From Histomonas meleagridis 2922-C6/04-290x (taxonomy: Eukaryota > Protista > Parabasalia), in NCBI GenBank assembly GCA_020184695.1, contig JAANOX010000126.1:248001-312000 (forward strand): a stretch of 64,000 bases of DNA, given 5' to 3'. The first letter of the stretch is position 1. The number at the start of each line of letters is the position of its first letter. Of this stretch, positions 62,755-64,000 are shown piece by piece. Below the pieces are notes generated by a model. The model ran no database searches and had not been told where the DNA came from. It saw only the letters and a program-made list of their open reading frames with translations. Position numbers and translations under genes: made by a program.

Positions 62755-64000
62755 GATTGAAAATGCACAAAAGATCGTTAATTTGTGCAAAAAACACCTT
62801 CTACTGAGCATACTTTGGAAGTTGATTTTGATTATTTTTTCATAAAAAAAACATTAATACTTAACAATGTGAATTTGTATTTATAAATATATCTTAATAA
62901 ATTTTTATTAGGAAAAAATTGCAAACTCTAATGAATTTAAGTCTTGTAATTATTATTTATTAAAAAATCTATAACATCTATAATATATTTTTTTTATTTA
63001 CAGATACCATCAAGTGTTTTATTTTGATTTAATCTCAAGAATTCTATTTAACCACATTTGATTAGACATTAATATGATCATTATGATAGCATCTGTTAAA
63101 ATCAAAATGGATAGAACAAAGGAGGGATTAACCCAATCGAATTTATTAATATCCTTATATGCAACAAAGCAGTGTATACAAGTTGCAGAAATGTGTATCA
63201 GTGAGAATTAGTAGACCAAGAAAGATAAAAATTCACGCTACAAAATCAACAGTTCGCTTCATTGCTTTTTAATAAAACACGAACGTTATTTTGAAATAAC
63301 TCAGCACAAATATATAATATATATAATGGACTCAATATCATTCAAATCTTGAATCCATTTTTCAATGCCTAATAAGACAAAAAATCAGAACAACACCAAA
63401 CATTCGTTCAAAATTGAATTTGAGTTATGAAATTTGTTCCAACGTTGAAGAATGCCATTTCATGTGGCATCATTTACTTGTTTTCGACTTCATTCCATAA
63501 ATAGAGTATAAACAATAAGGCACAAATTACAAGAACTAAAGAAGACATGAAAAAAAGAGGATCAATATTAACGACAGAAAAAAAAATCAATATTATCAAA
63601 ATTGTATCAAATTAAATTCAAAAATATATGTAATGTCATATACATGGGTGGAGAGGAAGGGAGTTAAGGGACAATTGGGAAAAATAAGAAACAACAACAA
63701 CAAAATGTTGACCCATTAATGTGTGGGGAAATAAAAACTATATTCATTGGAATCACTAAATCATTCCATATTTAATTAAAATTTTTTTTACCAAATGATA
63801 TAACCACAACACAAACTTTGATCTATCTTAGAATCGCATGTAATAAATTTTTTGTTAAAAGGAATTTTGATTTAATATGAAGTTAAAGTTTGAGAAAACA
63901 ATTGACTAACAATTCTATAAAACATTTATTAATTATGATTTGGAGGAGGTGGCGAAGGAATGTTGTCATTTCCGATATCTGAGTCAGATTCAAATGATAT

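Noticed and set aside
1-64000. tRNA, rRNA or histone 3' stem-loop elements
   Set aside because: None recognised by eye; a tRNAscan/Infernal run would be needed to exclude them formally.

Overview
AT-rich eukaryotic DNA, most likely from a parabasalid (Tritrichomonas/Trichomonas-like). The basis is compact housekeeping genes with no visible introns, TCA(C/T)T initiator motifs just before ATGs, many TAA-A stops, DUF3447-type ankyrin genes and an IBD-like protein. About 30 ordinary genes are present, including thymidine kinase, a USP, an Argonaute, a nucleoside hydrolase, Rab, importin-like proteins, 14-3-3, RPS16, UTP3, COG7, TAF12, H2A/H2B and a spastizin-like gene, plus one Mutator-like non-autonomous element with 82-bp TIRs and a 9-bp TSD. 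The standout signal is in five ankyrin-repeat loci (A 7386-10146 minus, B 16490-17935, C 33349-34724, D 41619-43667, E about 40230-41054 minus). Their repeats are interrupted at the same position, the loop just before the TPL/TAL motif, by T(U)-rich inserts without GT-AG ends. Insert lengths, counted by hand assuming the canonical loop length, are 17, 34, 51 or 68 nt, i.e. multiples of 17. Of 28 scored inserts, 23 are exact, 4 are within one codon, and 1 (87 nt, frame-neutral and stop-free) misses. Within the ankyrin arrays of loci A-D, stops and frameshifts fall inside the inserts, and removing the inserts restores continuous ankyrin ORFs. This points to a recoding or RNA-processing mechanism with a 17-nt ruler that I do not recognise as described. 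The mechanism is inference and needs RNA and protein data.
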